Positions 28,255 to 40,342 of a stretch of 64,000 nt of DNA are shown here, in pieces. Made by a program: the position numbers and the translations under genes. Below the pieces are notes generated by a model. The model was not told where the DNA came from and searched no databases. It worked only from the letters and a program-made list of their open reading frames with translations. Position 1 is the stretch's first letter. Every line of letters starts with the position of its first letter. The stretch is from the sequence record OR620964.1. One strand, written 5' to 3'.

Positions 28255-28603
28255 TGACTACAATCATATTGCGATTACAGAAATCACAATAACGGCTAAA
28301 GAAGTGTTACCTATTGTCACCAACGATCACACGGCTGCCTCATGGCAGACACACTGGTGCGCCATACAACAAGAGATACTAGAATTCCACGCGGAGTTCA
28401 CCGTAGTCTGTATAGTTAAAGTCGAACCTAATGAAATGGTAGTGCAAGTGCGCACCGCTGCCTACGCAAAAACGCGTGATATGTACTTTGACCTAATTCT
28501 AGCTGAACACGAAGAAATTGTTGAGCACTGTTTACGTCAAGGCAGTGCTGGAGGTAGAACTGAAAGTAAAGTCCTACATAAACAAAGTCCTATCGTAGAC
28601 TAA
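28247..28603 (+). CDS. hypothetical protein
   Basis: GGAG RBS. Confidence 0.7.
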   Translation: MTNDYNHIAITEITITAKEVLPIVTNDHTAASWQTHWCAIQQEILEFHAEFTVVCIVKVEPNEMVVQVRTAAYAKTRDMYFDLILAEHEEIVEHCLRQGSAGGRTESKVLHKQSPIVD

Positions 28604-28646
28604 ATATAGCAGCCTGTTGATTTAGGATTTGAGTATAGGCAGCGAA

Positions 28647-28703
28647 GTCTGCAAATGAGCGGCTAAAATAGAGCTAGCTTCTGATCGCTGTTTCATGTAT
28701 AAT
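28647..28703 (+). promoter_or_regulatory. sigma70-like promoter with upstream box
   Basis: GTCTGCAAATGAGCGGCTAAAATA; TATAAT at 28698 (37-nt offset). Confidence 0.8.
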
Positions 28704-28797
28704 AGTTACATGGAGCGAGTGCTTCAACCAAGCGCATATAGAGTTTATCAGACTTCTCTATATGCGCTTTCATCGACAAGTCTGTGAGTCAAATATC

Positions 28798-29274
28798 ATG
28801 CCTGCTATTAATCCACGTAATGTTAAAACAGCAAAACCTGCTCCGCGCTCATCTGGCGAAGGCAAAGCAAGACAACGAGCAAAGGATCTTGGACTCAATC
28901 CTAATACTGGCGAGTTTCAGGCGTATGTACAGCAAAACAAAATGCCGCGTCCTCGTACACCATCTGCTAGTAAGATTCGTGTGTCCTCTGGCGCCAAGAC
29001 TAAAGAGGCCGACGTCATGTGGACTTGGAACAACTCGGACCAAGAAATGCAGCAGGTGCCTAATACGAATATGCAGGTCATCAAAGCGCGTGGCGATGAC
29101 GAACATTATACTGATGATTATGCGACGTGGGGCCACGATCGCTTACGTGCGGAAACAACTCGTCGTAAACTTTGCTGGACGAAAGCAGATTACACAGAGA
29201 AGCAGATGATTGATGCGCTACTGAATGATGATGCTTGCATAGGGCGCCGCAGTAGCTCTGCACCAAGCGCATAA
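28798..29274 (+). CDS. basic protein with a C-terminal Rho-N/SAP-like helical motif
   Basis: YATWGHDRLRAETTRRKL...TEKQMIDALL. Confidence 0.65.
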   Translation: MPAINPRNVKTAKPAPRSSGEGKARQRAKDLGLNPNTGEFQAYVQQNKMPRPRTPSASKIRVSSGAKTKEADVMWTWNNSDQEMQQVPNTNMQVIKARGDDEHYTDDYATWGHDRLRAETTRRKLCWTKADYTEKQMIDALLNDDACIGRRSSSAPSA

Positions 29275-29330
29275 GTAAGCAAGCGAGGGCCGAGCGCTCT
29301 CGCTTATTAAAAGCAATGGTCGTTTAACTA

Positions 29331-29384
29331 TACAAATAAGCGGCTAAAATGACCATTGCTTTTAAGCACTAAAATAGATACACT
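29331..29384 (+). promoter_or_regulatory. sigma70-like promoter with upstream box, enclosed by a 15-bp inverted repeat
   Basis: TACAAATAAGCGGCTAAAAT; TTGCTT-17-TACACT (29379). Confidence 0.8.
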
Positions 29385-29458
29385 ATATCCAGTGTTGAGC
29401 ATGTAGCCAACACACAATAACGCAATCATGCAACTACTAATTCTGAGGAGAATTACTC

Positions 29459-30991
<1,533 letters not shown>

Positions 30992-31059
30992 TCCTGTAGC
31001 GCAATGCGCCTCTTATGCTGGGGGCGCTAGATTTTCAAAACAAACTGGAGATATTACTC

Positions 31060-32307
31060 ATGGCGAAGGCTACGAACTCTACTCAAGCAAATAAAACTCT
31101 GTTGAATGCGCGTGTACGCCGTTCAGATGGAACTCTGACTTACATTAATAAGATTAACGCTAACGGTTATAGCACTGATGCGAAAGGCCCGCAGATTCCT
31201 GTTAAGCGCATTGTTCTGGCAGGCAAGATGCTCAAAGAAATCGATGCACCTTATGCAAAAGATGAATGCATCTATGCACAGGGAATTACTGTGAAGCTCA
31301 ATAAGCGCCAGCAGCGTGAACTGCGTGAGGGAAATCTTGATAAAGAACTATACTCACCTGACTTCGGCCCACTCGTTTACTTTGATCCTGTAACAGGTCG
31401 CGCTACCGATGCTAAGAAAGTAGCAGTAAAGGAGAAGAAAGTAGCGAAGAGTAAGAAGGCGCGTTCTGGAAAAGAAGAAGAGGTCATTGAGCGTGACGCG
31501 CAACATGACATGCTCCGTGATGATGTGCCCGCTCTTGCAGGCAATACAAAATCGATCTGGATTGACCAGCTGGACATGGAATTGAAATCAGCGCCGCCTC
31601 AGTTAATTCAAATACTAACTAAAGCAACTGGACTGTACGCCACCGATATCAAGAAAGGTGCAGCGCATATTGTTTCTAAGCTAGGGCTTAAGAAAGCAAG
31701 ACTGGCAGTTAAGGCAGCGCAGACCGAATGGTTTAATGCGAATGCGATTAAGCAAATGCCCGCACCTGTTAAAAAGCTAATGCGTGATCGCGAACTTGTA
31801 TTGAACAAGGCGCAGATGACTGATGTATTGATTGCTCTGGGCGTAGACACTGATTTTTACTCTCAGGCGCTTGAGTCACAGTTACCGCGTCTGCGTATTG
31901 TTGTAGGAGAAGATGAAGCACCTGTACAGAGCGAAGGCAAACGCCGCAAGCCTGTGTGCGTGTACGCCAATAAGAAACTGCAAAAGACTTTAATTAGAAA
32001 GTTGAAGGGTGTGTTGAGTCCACCTAAGAATAACAAGTTACCTAAAGACGCAGTTAAGGTGCGTGTAGCATTGACCAAGCATCTTGGTCTGACAGATCCG
32101 AAAGATATTCGTACAGGACTGAAACTCACGGATAAGAAAAATCGTGACCTGACACTCATTGCACTAGATGCAATAGCAATAGTTCTTGCATTGCCTGATG
32201 GTCAGCCTGTTACGTACTTGTACGAAGTAATATCCGAACATCCTGATTTATTTGTTCGCGATGGAATTCGTCTGTCTGGTCAAAATGAATTGGATGTGTC
32301 AGCATGA
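31060..32307 (+). CDS. basic protein, partial paralog of 29459-30991
   Basis: GGAG RBS; shared N-terminal DGT..I..GY..D...IP...G.M..EI pattern. Confidence 0.8.
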   Translation: MAKATNSTQANKTLLNARVRRSDGTLTYINKINANGYSTDAKGPQIPVKRIVLAGKMLKEIDAPYAKDECIYAQGITVKLNKRQQRELREGNLDKELYSPDFGPLVYFDPVTGRATDAKKVAVKEKKVAKSKKARSGKEEEVIERDAQHDMLRDDVPALAGNTKSIWIDQLDMELKSAPPQLIQILTKATGLYATDIKKGAAHIVSKLGLKKARLAVKAAQTEWFNANAIKQMPAPVKKLMRDRELVLNKAQMTDVLIALGVDTDFYSQALESQLPRLRIVVGEDEAPVQSEGKRRKPVCVYANKKLQKTLIRKLKGVLSPPKNNKLPKDAVKVRVALTKHLGLTDPKDIRTGLKLTDKKNRDLTLIALDAIAIVLALPDGQPVTYLYEVISEHPDLFVRDGIRLSGQNELDVSA

Positions 32308-32705
32308 AACAGAAACCGTTAAACTGTAATATTGTTGTCCAGTCTGCGGTTGCACAAGTATACACACGCCTGCAACTAGCTGCCATGCATGGAGTATATG
32401 CATTCTATGCAGACTTAAGCCCGGCGTTATTTGGGATATCACTTACAAGAGTATCGACTGAGCAAGCTGATACTCTTTGGGAACTGATTCGCCTGACAAT
32501 GGAAATGGATTCCAAGGCGAATCGACTACCGTTAGCCGCATTGTACATAAGCCGAGTGGGGAATGAGAAGAAACCACGTGCACCTTTCTTTATAGAGTAC
32601 AAACGTCTTTACGGAAAGGATTTGGATAACGAGGGCTGGGATGTTCTTGTGCGTCAAGTATGGGAACAAAACAGTATCATCCAACATATACACTCGGAGC
32701 AATAA
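32304..32705 (+). CDS. hypothetical protein
   Basis: ATGA overlap. Confidence 0.7.
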   Translation: MKQKPLNCNIVVQSAVAQVYTRLQLAAMHGVYAFYADLSPALFGISLTRVSTEQADTLWELIRLTMEMDSKANRLPLAALYISRVGNEKKPRAPFFIEYKRLYGKDLDNEGWDVLVRQVWEQNSIIQHIHSEQ

Positions 32706-32708
32706 CAA

Positions 32709-33152
32709 ATGCCAGCAAGCAAAGTAATTCCTAAATACGCTCCAAAGCCAGTGGCTCGTGAGCAAAGCCTGAATATGGTGTGCCAAGTATTCATTGCATC
32801 TTGTGGCAAGGACGCCACACTTATCAGTCAGTTGTTCTTCTTGAACACAACGAACTACTACTGGTTATCTGATATCGATCCAAAGGATAACAGGCAAGTA
32901 GCGAATGAGACTATGATCCGTCTTGTTCGTGAGGTAAATAAATACTGTCGTCAGTCTAAGATCCCCCTGGGATTACTAATTATCCCTCACACGTCAGCAA
33001 GTGGTTTTGACGGTGATGAGATTGTTGTAATTCCATGGCGCGCAATATCCAATAACGCAATCGCAATGGAATCTGTAAAGAGCTTAATGGAACGTGTAAA
33101 AGCAGAGGGCTACGAAGAATATGTAGTCGATGCAATGACTGAGGACAAGTAA
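32709..33152 (+). CDS. hypothetical protein
   Basis: GGAG RBS. Confidence 0.75.
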   Translation: MPASKVIPKYAPKPVAREQSLNMVCQVFIASCGKDATLISQLFFLNTTNYYWLSDIDPKDNRQVANETMIRLVREVNKYCRQSKIPLGLLIIPHTSASGFDGDEIVVIPWRAISNNAIAMESVKSLMERVKAEGYEEYVVDAMTEDK

Positions 33153-34402
33153 TGTTTTATGATGATATTCTGTCACCGGATGATAAACAGAAGATATTAC
33201 AACTCATGGAATGGCGTATTGTAGAAAAGACAGCGCAGTTTCTACAGGCATCGAAACACGCCTGTTCTATCCGCCATACAAGGACTAAGTTTGGCCGTGC
33301 CGAAAACATTCTGGATAAAGTTGTGCCTCGTGTCAGAGCAAGCACAATCAATCGACTGATCCGAAACATTCAACATGGGCAGCGTGGCGTTGCACTGCAA
33401 CAACTGTCAATGTTATTTGAGCTTGGACTTGGCGTGCCGTTGCAGCGCGAAGTTGCAGAGTACATTCGTACTTACGAAGACCAGTATGATAAGAACGGTA
33501 CTGGATTGAAGTATATTCGAAAACTGGTTCGCAATCATCTTACTGTTTACCGACGCGCAATGGGCGGATGGGATTTCCTGATGCCCGCAAAGTATACTGT
33601 AAACATGCTTGCGCTACAATCTTTCATTACTCTGAAAGAAGGAGGCTTCAATAAGAAGATTAAAGTACCTGATGGTATTCCTGTGTTACTTGTATATTCC
33701 AATGCCAGTTATGGTGATGGGACGTTTGGATTAGTTGATGCATTCTCGATTAGCCCGATGGGACACGCGGTTCCTTTTGCGCAGATTGCAATGCGTAAGG
33801 AATTCACCGCAGCACCGAAAGAGTTCACTTCAAATTCTCTTCGGGGCCATGGTTCTTACGCTATGGTATTCGGTATACTACATTGGGATAGCAAGCCTTT
33901 AAGTATGGCTCGTCAGTTGCAGTCCTTAGACTCGGATGATTATTCCGTGTTGCTCGATGATTACCGCGAACAATACACCACGCCTGAACTGGAAACATTA
34001 CGTGCAGGCTTAGAATCATTATCCGATGAGTACGTGCAACATAAGGCGATTCTTGAACGTCTAGAGAGCAAGAGCAATCTGTCTGATAAACAGAAACTGG
34101 CTAAGAAAGAAAGCAGCAAGTTTATCCGACGTAGAAGCAACCAGATCCTCAAGATTGATGAACTGGAGAAGAAACTGATTCAGTCTATGGCTAAGACTGG
34201 TCCAGTAGCTTCTGCTAAATTCTGTGCTCTGGATATCGGAACGATTGCCGACAAGGATCACTTTGTGCCTGTACGCAATCCACTAGACAAGATACAAAAA
34301 GTATTGTCTAAGTGGGGATTCGCTACAACGAAAACTGTTAATACTAATTGTAGTACACACCTGACTTATAGCGAATCCAAAGGACGCTGTTGGTCGCTAT
34401 AG
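33152..34402 (+). CDS. hypothetical protein (416 aa)
   Basis: TAATG overlap; no recognisable catalytic motif. Confidence 0.8.
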   Translation: MFYDDILSPDDKQKILQLMEWRIVEKTAQFLQASKHACSIRHTRTKFGRAENILDKVVPRVRASTINRLIRNIQHGQRGVALQQLSMLFELGLGVPLQREVAEYIRTYEDQYDKNGTGLKYIRKLVRNHLTVYRRAMGGWDFLMPAKYTVNMLALQSFITLKEGGFNKKIKVPDGIPVLLVYSNASYGDGTFGLVDAFSISPMGHAVPFAQIAMRKEFTAAPKEFTSNSLRGHGSYAMVFGILHWDSKPLSMARQLQSLDSDDYSVLLDDYREQYTTPELETLRAGLESLSDEYVQHKAILERLESKSNLSDKQKLAKKESSKFIRRRSNQILKIDELEKKLIQSMAKTGPVASAKFCALDIGTIADKDHFVPVRNPLDKIQKVLSKWGFATTKTVNTNCSTHLTYSESKGRCWSL

Positions 34403-34420
34403 ATCTTTAGGAGAGATAAG

Positions 34421-37400
34421 ATGAACGAACAAATTTCTGGTGCAGGTCGTTTCGGTCGTGCCGCCCAAGAGCAAGCAGTAACCTCACAACGTGTCGCTGC
34501 AGGTAGCAATCAAGAGAGCTGTGCTGTAATTGTTATTACTTCACCTGTATTAGGCACCGACCATACTATCTCAATCAGTGGTGAGGAAATCCCGGTTGAG
34601 CATAAAGTAAATGACAAGGCAGTTCAACGCCTGACTGATATGCTGTATAGCGAAACGTCTGCGGCCAATCCAGCTTCTGCCTATAGCATTCTTATGAGCG
34701 ATGATGTTCAGGTGGCTATTGATGAGCGCTTTGTTCCCCATACACAAGGCTCATCTTCTGTTATTTTGCACTTTACTGTAAATATGAGTGTGAGAGAAAT
34801 GTACAGTCGCCTTTCGCTGGAAATGTTCGCGAAAGCAGATGGTGATTCTGACCTGAATGATACTGCTGCCAACTACGGCATTCATGCAGTTGCTATTACT
34901 ACTGCCTCTGATGCAGTTCGGGTTACTTCACTGCTGAAAGCGCAGTTGCAGCATATGTTAACTGATAATCGTATCGTGCCATTCACCTCTGTTGAAGGTG
35001 AACTGCCTGATAGCGTTATTGATTGGTCAGTTGTCTCAGGCGAACGTCAATTGATGCTTGTTCTAGAAGGCGTTGCGTCTAACTTTATTTTCGTTAATCC
35101 AAACGGCGAGTTGTTCGCTGTTGTATCAAAGGAGTCCACTGTGGGCGCTATTAAAGAAAAAGCTGTTCTGTCCGAAGGCGTTGAGATCGATGCAGAAGAA
35201 TTCGATGATGCTGATGAAGTTGATTCTGATGTACAAGTAACTGGCGCTGACCTGTTCTCCTATAAGGCAGAATCGTTAAGCACCGAAAAGCAAATCGAAG
35301 CGTTGTCCAGCCTGGGCTATGATTGTTCTGAAATGGAACCTAGTGAGGTTCTGGCCTCGTTCCAAGTTGAACAAACGCAGTATCTTGAAACCGTCGAAGA
35401 AGAAGACGAAGAAGAATCTGATCTGGAAAGTGAAGAAGAAGACGAGTCTGATTCTGCCGAAGAAGACGACGAAGATGATCCAGCGCAGGAAGATGCGGCC
35501 GAAGATGAAGAAGAAGAAAGTTTCAGCTTCATTGGTCAGGTGCAAGATATCTTGATTGATGCCGAGCTGGATCGCGACGATATCAAACGCGTTGCCCGTT
35601 TGCTGGAACTGAAAGTTGTTGTCTCTGATACTGCTGAAACCCTGCTGGCTAAAGTTAATGCCGCGCTTGAAGAAGCTAACGACCTTGAACTGGCTCACAA
35701 TGTTCTGGTATTTGCTGCGGAAGAACTTGAGTTAGACGATGCAGTCGACCTGCTGTCTGATGCTGGCGAAGAAGAAGAAGCGGAAGAAGAAGAGAGTGAA
35801 GACGATAGTGCTCTTTCCTACTTTGACCATGAAGCTGGTGAGTTAACACCAGAGCAACGTGTTGAAGCACTGCAAGCTGCTGGCTTCGATGCTACTGGCA
35901 ATCTTATTGTTGTTATGCGTAAGTTCCGCGCTGCGCAAGAGCAATATCGTGCAGACCAACGCAACGGCCAAGAAGCTGAATCCGATGATGAAGAGGAAGA
36001 TGATGACTTCCTGGCCCGTGTGTGCATCGAAGAAAATAATCCTACGCCAGAAGATAAGGTTACTGCAATTCATCTTATCATCGGCGAACAGGTTCAGGTA
36101 ACTGATCCAGATCTGGATGAATACTTCCAGATGGCTCTGACGCAGTACAGTGCAATGCAGGCAGACCCTGAGCAAGAAGAAGCCGATTCGGAAGAAGAGG
36201 AAGAAGATGAAGCGGAGGGTGAAGAAGTATCTAACTCTGACCTATTACGTGATATCTTCGGCGAAGAAGAACTTTCTCGCCAAGAATTAAAGCGTCTGGT
36301 AATTGCAAGTGCCATCCGTGTTGTAGTATCTGATACGCCCGAATCTCTTACCAATAAGTTATATGACCATGTAGACGGTCTTGATAAAGCAGAGTTCTTC
36401 CGTCTGTGTGATGTCTTCGCTAAAGCATTATCTGATCTTAATCCTAATCTGGCAGAAACTTTTGAATCATACAATTTCAACTTCTCTTATGCATATAGTA
36501 AAGAAGCCGAAGAATTTGATGATCGTGCAGGCTACGAAGAAGACGCAGGTAAGCCTTACGAAGACGCCGCAGATGAAGATGGCGAAGTTGAGGATGAAGA
36601 CGACGCAGATGAAGTTGAAGAGGATAGCGCCTTCTTGACTGATGTTGAGCATACGCCTGCTGGCACTCTGGCTTCTGTTGTGTTCGACCAGAAGTTGATT
36701 ATCAACTTTGTTCTTTCGGACCGCGCTTCATTCGAAGATATTGCAGCCGAGCTGGCTGATATTAATGGCGTAGACTATCGTTATCCGTTTAACCCAGGCA
36801 CTCGTCCTGATGCAGCACAGGGTTCAATGTACCTGCCGCTATCTAACATTGTTGAGACTATGGAAGATGCTTCTATCAGTCGCTTCATGGCAGATCCTGC
36901 AACGTTCGACGTAAACGAGTTTGGTGAGCAACTGGCAACTACTCTGCGTAAGCAAGTTGCAGACCGCCTGTACGAAGACCGCCTGCCTGATGGTGCTAAT
37001 CCAGAAGTTGAAGGTGTTATTGTTGGCGATTTTGTTGATGATGAAGATATGGAAGACTTCCACATCGAAGACGATGGCTATACATCTGCGCTGAATGATG
37101 CACTGCCTATTGCACAACTGTACAATGCTGATATCCACGTTCGCCCTGTATCGCTGGATGATGCAAACGTTCTGGTGAATGTCGCTGTTGTTAACTTCAT
37201 GGTGCCTGGGTTCTGGGCAAACGATGTTAACAAGATTGAGAAACTGCTGCAATCTGCCTGCAATCAAGTTCGCTCACGTATCGCCGACGCAACTGACATT
37301 GAAGTGTACGCGGCATTTACGATCGATTCTTCAACCATTATGTCTGATGACAATGTGTTTGAAGCTGTAGCAGCACTGCGTCAGGTTGAACACGCACAGG

Positions 37401-37609
37401 TATATAGTGCGAATGATGTTGCTCAACTTGAAGATAACGATGATATGATCGCGGCCGCTTCAACTCTGGCTGACCGTGACCTGCCACTGACAATCCTGTG
37501 TAGTCATGTTGCTGGCCATACGTTCTCTCTCGGCGGTGACTTAACTGTTCTTATTCCGTGCTTTGATATTGAAGAGGAAGAAGAGGAAGATCTGGACGAC
37601 GAAGAATAA
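34421..37609 (+). CDS. 1062-aa highly acidic protein with internal helical repeats
   Basis: AGGAG RBS; several D/E tracts; repeats LDRDDIKRVARLLELKVVVSDT / LSRQELKRLVIASAIRVVVSDT. Confidence 0.85.
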   Translation: MNEQISGAGRFGRAAQEQAVTSQRVAAGSNQESCAVIVITSPVLGTDHTISISGEEIPVEHKVNDKAVQRLTDMLYSETSAANPASAYSILMSDDVQVAIDERFVPHTQGSSSVILHFTVNMSVREMYSRLSLEMFAKADGDSDLNDTAANYGIHAVAITTASDAVRVTSLLKAQLQHMLTDNRIVPFTSVEGELPDSVIDWSVVSGERQLMLVLEGVASNFIFVNPNGELFAVVSKESTVGAIKEKAVLSEGVEIDAEEFDDADEVDSDVQVTGADLFSYKAESLSTEKQIEALSSLGYDCSEMEPSEVLASFQVEQTQYLETVEEEDEEESDLESEEEDESDSAEEDDEDDPAQEDAAEDEEEESFSFIGQVQDILIDAELDRDDIKRVARLLELKVVVSDTAETLLAKVNAALEEANDLELAHNVLVFAAEELELDDAVDLLSDAGEEEEAEEEESEDDSALSYFDHEAGELTPEQRVEALQAAGFDATGNLIVVMRKFRAAQEQYRADQRNGQEAESDDEEEDDDFLARVCIEENNPTPEDKVTAIHLIIGEQVQVTDPDLDEYFQMALTQYSAMQADPEQEEADSEEEEEDEAEGEEVSNSDLLRDIFGEEELSRQELKRLVIASAIRVVVSDTPESLTNKLYDHVDGLDKAEFFRLCDVFAKALSDLNPNLAETFESYNFNFSYAYSKEAEEFDDRAGYEEDAGKPYEDAADEDGEVEDEDDADEVEEDSAFLTDVEHTPAGTLASVVFDQKLIINFVLSDRASFEDIAAELADINGVDYRYPFNPGTRPDAAQGSMYLPLSNIVETMEDASISRFMADPATFDVNEFGEQLATTLRKQVADRLYEDRLPDGANPEVEGVIVGDFVDDEDMEDFHIEDDGYTSALNDALPIAQLYNADIHVRPVSLDDANVLVNVAVVNFMVPGFWANDVNKIEKLLQSACNQVRSRIADATDIEVYAAFTIDSSTIMSDDNVFEAVAALRQVEHAQVYSANDVAQLEDNDDMIAAASTLADRDLPLTILCSHVAGHTFSLGGDLTVLIPCFDIEEEEEEDLDDEE

Positions 37610-37638
37610 TATTCGATAGTCGGATCAATACTGTTAAT

Positions 37639-37666
37639 AAAGGGTGTGCAGGACAGGCACCCTTTA
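37639..37666 (+). terminator. intrinsic terminator (possibly bidirectional)
   Basis: AAAGGGTG..CACCCTTT stem. Confidence 0.65.
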
Positions 37667-37686
37667 TCCTTTCAGGAGAATTCAGT

Positions 37687-38589
37687 ATGTCACAGCAAGA
37701 AGAATCACCTGACGTTGCGATAGTCAGTATCATTGAACGTAATAAAAGCCTAGCTGCTACGGTAGTTAATCAGGCGAATCGAATTGAAGACCTGACGATT
37801 GAGTTTAATTCGTCAGTTGTTGAAAGCGCTCATAAGTCAGTTGAGTTGCGTGGACTACAGCGCACCATTTCCAGTCAGTCCAATCTGATTGCGGAAAAGA
37901 CTGCAAGTATTGATACGTATGAAAAAGAGGCCCAGCAGATGGGTCAAATACTTGCAAAGAGCAAGGCACTTCTAACCAACAAGTTAGAACAGGCTACGCT
38001 GGATATCCAATCGCTGCGAGATAATACCGAGAGTCTTGTCCAGCATATTTACTGTAAAGCAGTAGTAGATAGTGCAATAGCACAACTCTTCATGCGTATT
38101 GAAGATCATTTACTGCGTACATTAACTTCATCAAATAATCGTTCGCGTAATATAATATACCAGACGATTACTGATGCAACGCACGACCTGATTTCCGAAA
38201 GAAAGGCAGAGTTTAACGAATATATTTATTCCTTGGAAAGTACATACGGCCAGATATTGCAAATCGATGATTTAACTCGAACAATGTTGGACCAGTATAT
38301 CCAGGGTAATATCGAATTGCTGTATTCGAGTGTTGATTCTAAGCGCCTGTGTAATTACTTATATGCGATGCATCAAGCTATACGCACACGGACGCATAGT
38401 GACTCAGGCGCCCAGATAGAGAAGGAGTTTGGACACGCTACTGCGGTACTTGTTGAGGTACTGCATGACCACGCTTGCACTGATGTTGACTATGAGGATA
38501 ACGATAAATCAGATCTGTTTGAAGCATTTGAAAAACTGTTAATTGAGATTGCACACCAAGTAAAATACGAACGACCAAACGACGCTTGA
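37687..38589 (+). CDS. coiled-coil protein
   Basis: AGGAG RBS; heptad-like N-terminal half. Confidence 0.75.
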   Translation: MSQQEESPDVAIVSIIERNKSLAATVVNQANRIEDLTIEFNSSVVESAHKSVELRGLQRTISSQSNLIAEKTASIDTYEKEAQQMGQILAKSKALLTNKLEQATLDIQSLRDNTESLVQHIYCKAVVDSAIAQLFMRIEDHLLRTLTSSNNRSRNIIYQTITDATHDLISERKAEFNEYIYSLESTYGQILQIDDLTRTMLDQYIQGNIELLYSSVDSKRLCNYLYAMHQAIRTRTHSDSGAQIEKEFGHATAVLVEVLHDHACTDVDYEDNDKSDLFEAFEKLLIEIAHQVKYERPNDA

Positions 38590-38685
38590 AATAACTGATA
38601 ATACTAATTCAAGTTATCAGTTAAATCTGTAAACAAACCTTGCAAAGTGGTGAATGTGTTCACCGATTATTAATCTGGAGTTACA

Positions 38686-39234
38686 ATGTCTAAAGTATCA
38701 TCTAAGTCAATCGTACCAACGCGTCTTGACCGTATCAGCAAGAAGTCTGCATCTATCGCTACTGGTAAGGCAAAAGCATCTGAGCTGCCACACGATATTT
38801 CAATCTCCGCAACGCAAGCGCACGAAGTGCAGGGCTTCATTCTATCTATCACTGATAACTCTGTGACTCTGCGCCACAAACGTGGATTCGGTAGCTCTAA
38901 GCAAATCGTTTCAACGTTTACTAGCAACCAGATTATTGAGCGTGTCGGTGACGAAGGTGGTGTTGGCCAGTTGCTGGTAGTTGCTAATATGCCAGTGCGT
39001 GAATTGAAAGGCCAGAAAGTTTCAGTCAAAGGTAACACAATCACTGCGACTGATATTCTGAGCGGCGAAGTAACTACTATCAACCAAAACGTCCCTGGGT
39101 TCTCTGTCTCAATGTCTGTAGACGAATCTGCCGCTGCCAAGAAGTACGGCATTGCTGATTCATCTGCTAAGTCTGCAAAGAAATCTGATAAAGGCGACAA
39201 GTCTGCTAAGTCAGGCAAGAAAGCAAAAAAGTAA
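38686..39234 (+). CDS. basic protein with a possible Sm/Hfq-like core and a K-rich tail
   Basis: GGAG RBS; EVQGFILSITDNSVTLRH resembles an Sm1 motif; tail SAKSAKKSDKGDKSAKSGKKAKK. Confidence 0.6.
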   Translation: MSKVSSKSIVPTRLDRISKKSASIATGKAKASELPHDISISATQAHEVQGFILSITDNSVTLRHKRGFGSSKQIVSTFTSNQIIERVGDEGGVGQLLVVANMPVRELKGQKVSVKGNTITATDILSGEVTTINQNVPGFSVSMSVDESAAAKKYGIADSSAKSAKKSDKGDKSAKSGKKAKK

Positions 39235-39394
39235 CTCCGCCCGACGAACAGTTCTAATAAAACTGTAAAGTAAACTTGTACCAAACAAGCTCAATGAAAC
39301 TTGTTGAGCTTGTTTTGAAAATAAACTGTAAACTTATAATGAAGCGAGTCGATATCCGAATCGCACCATACCAAACAATAGGATAAAAGTTATC

Positions 39395-40177
39395 ATGGCT
39401 AAAGCTAAACAAAACACCGCTGCAATCGTTCTGGCTAAAATGTTGAACGTTGTTGTTGAGAATATTTCTGATGCTGACATTGCATCGATTCTCAAAGAAG
39501 CCGGTCTGACTGTTGTTGGCGGTAAAGTTGTTAAAGCTAAAGGTGGCAAGGCTGAGAAAGCAGAACCTGCCAAGAAAGTTAAGAAAGTAAAAGCACCTAC
39601 TGTTGCGCAGATTATCAAGGCTGTCAAGGATGAAGAAGAACTTGATATCAGCGCTGTTTCGGAAGATGATTTGCGTGAAGCTGTTGTTAAGGCTAAGCTG
39701 TCTACTGCCAAGAAGGCAAAGGCTCTGGAAGAAGATGATCTGCGTGATTTGTTGAACGAAGCCATGGGCGTTGATGCTGACGACGAAGATGGCGACGACG
39801 AAGATGGCGACGACGAAGACGACGATTCTGATGAAGATGATTCTGATGAAGACGAAGACGACGATTCGGACGACGAAGACGAAGACGAAGATGATGAAGA
39901 CGAAGACGACGAAGACGAGGATGAAGATGAAGATGAAACCGATCTTTCAAACCTCGACGAAGACGAACTTCTCGCACTGGTCTTAGAGCATAAGCTGGCA
40001 TCTAAGAAGAAAGCAAAAGACATGGATGAAGACGAACTCCGTGAACTGCTGGAAGCCCACTTCGCCGATGATGAAGACGACGAAGAAGATGATGAAGATG
40101 AAGACGAAGACGAAGACGACGAAGACGAAGACTTCGATGATGAAGATGAAGACGAAGACGACGAAGACGACGAATAA
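39395..40177 (+). CDS. bipartite K/A-rich plus poly-D/E protein
   Basis: AGGA RBS; long D/E tracts; two copies of the helical repeat shared with 29459-30991. Confidence 0.85.
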   Translation: MAKAKQNTAAIVLAKMLNVVVENISDADIASILKEAGLTVVGGKVVKAKGGKAEKAEPAKKVKKVKAPTVAQIIKAVKDEEELDISAVSEDDLREAVVKAKLSTAKKAKALEEDDLRDLLNEAMGVDADDEDGDDEDGDDEDDDSDEDDSDEDEDDDSDDEDEDEDDEDEDDEDEDEDEDETDLSNLDEDELLALVLEHKLASKKKAKDMDEDELRELLEAHFADDEDDEEDDEDEDEDEDDEDEDFDDEDEDEDDEDDE

Positions 40178-40342
40178 GCCTTGATCTTCTGTCTGCCTAC
40201 CTACAAAGACATGTTCTTGCTGTAGGGATTTATTTTTAAATAATTATTGAAAAATCTTGTAGATGTATGTTGGTAATGCTAATGTACGTCTACAGGAAAC
40301 AAACATCCTGATTCACTCAAAACAAATTCACGGAGCATTATC

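Noticed and set aside
33152-34402. 416-aa ORF as a DNA ligase
   Set aside because: No KxDG adenylation motif or other ligase motifs could be identified.
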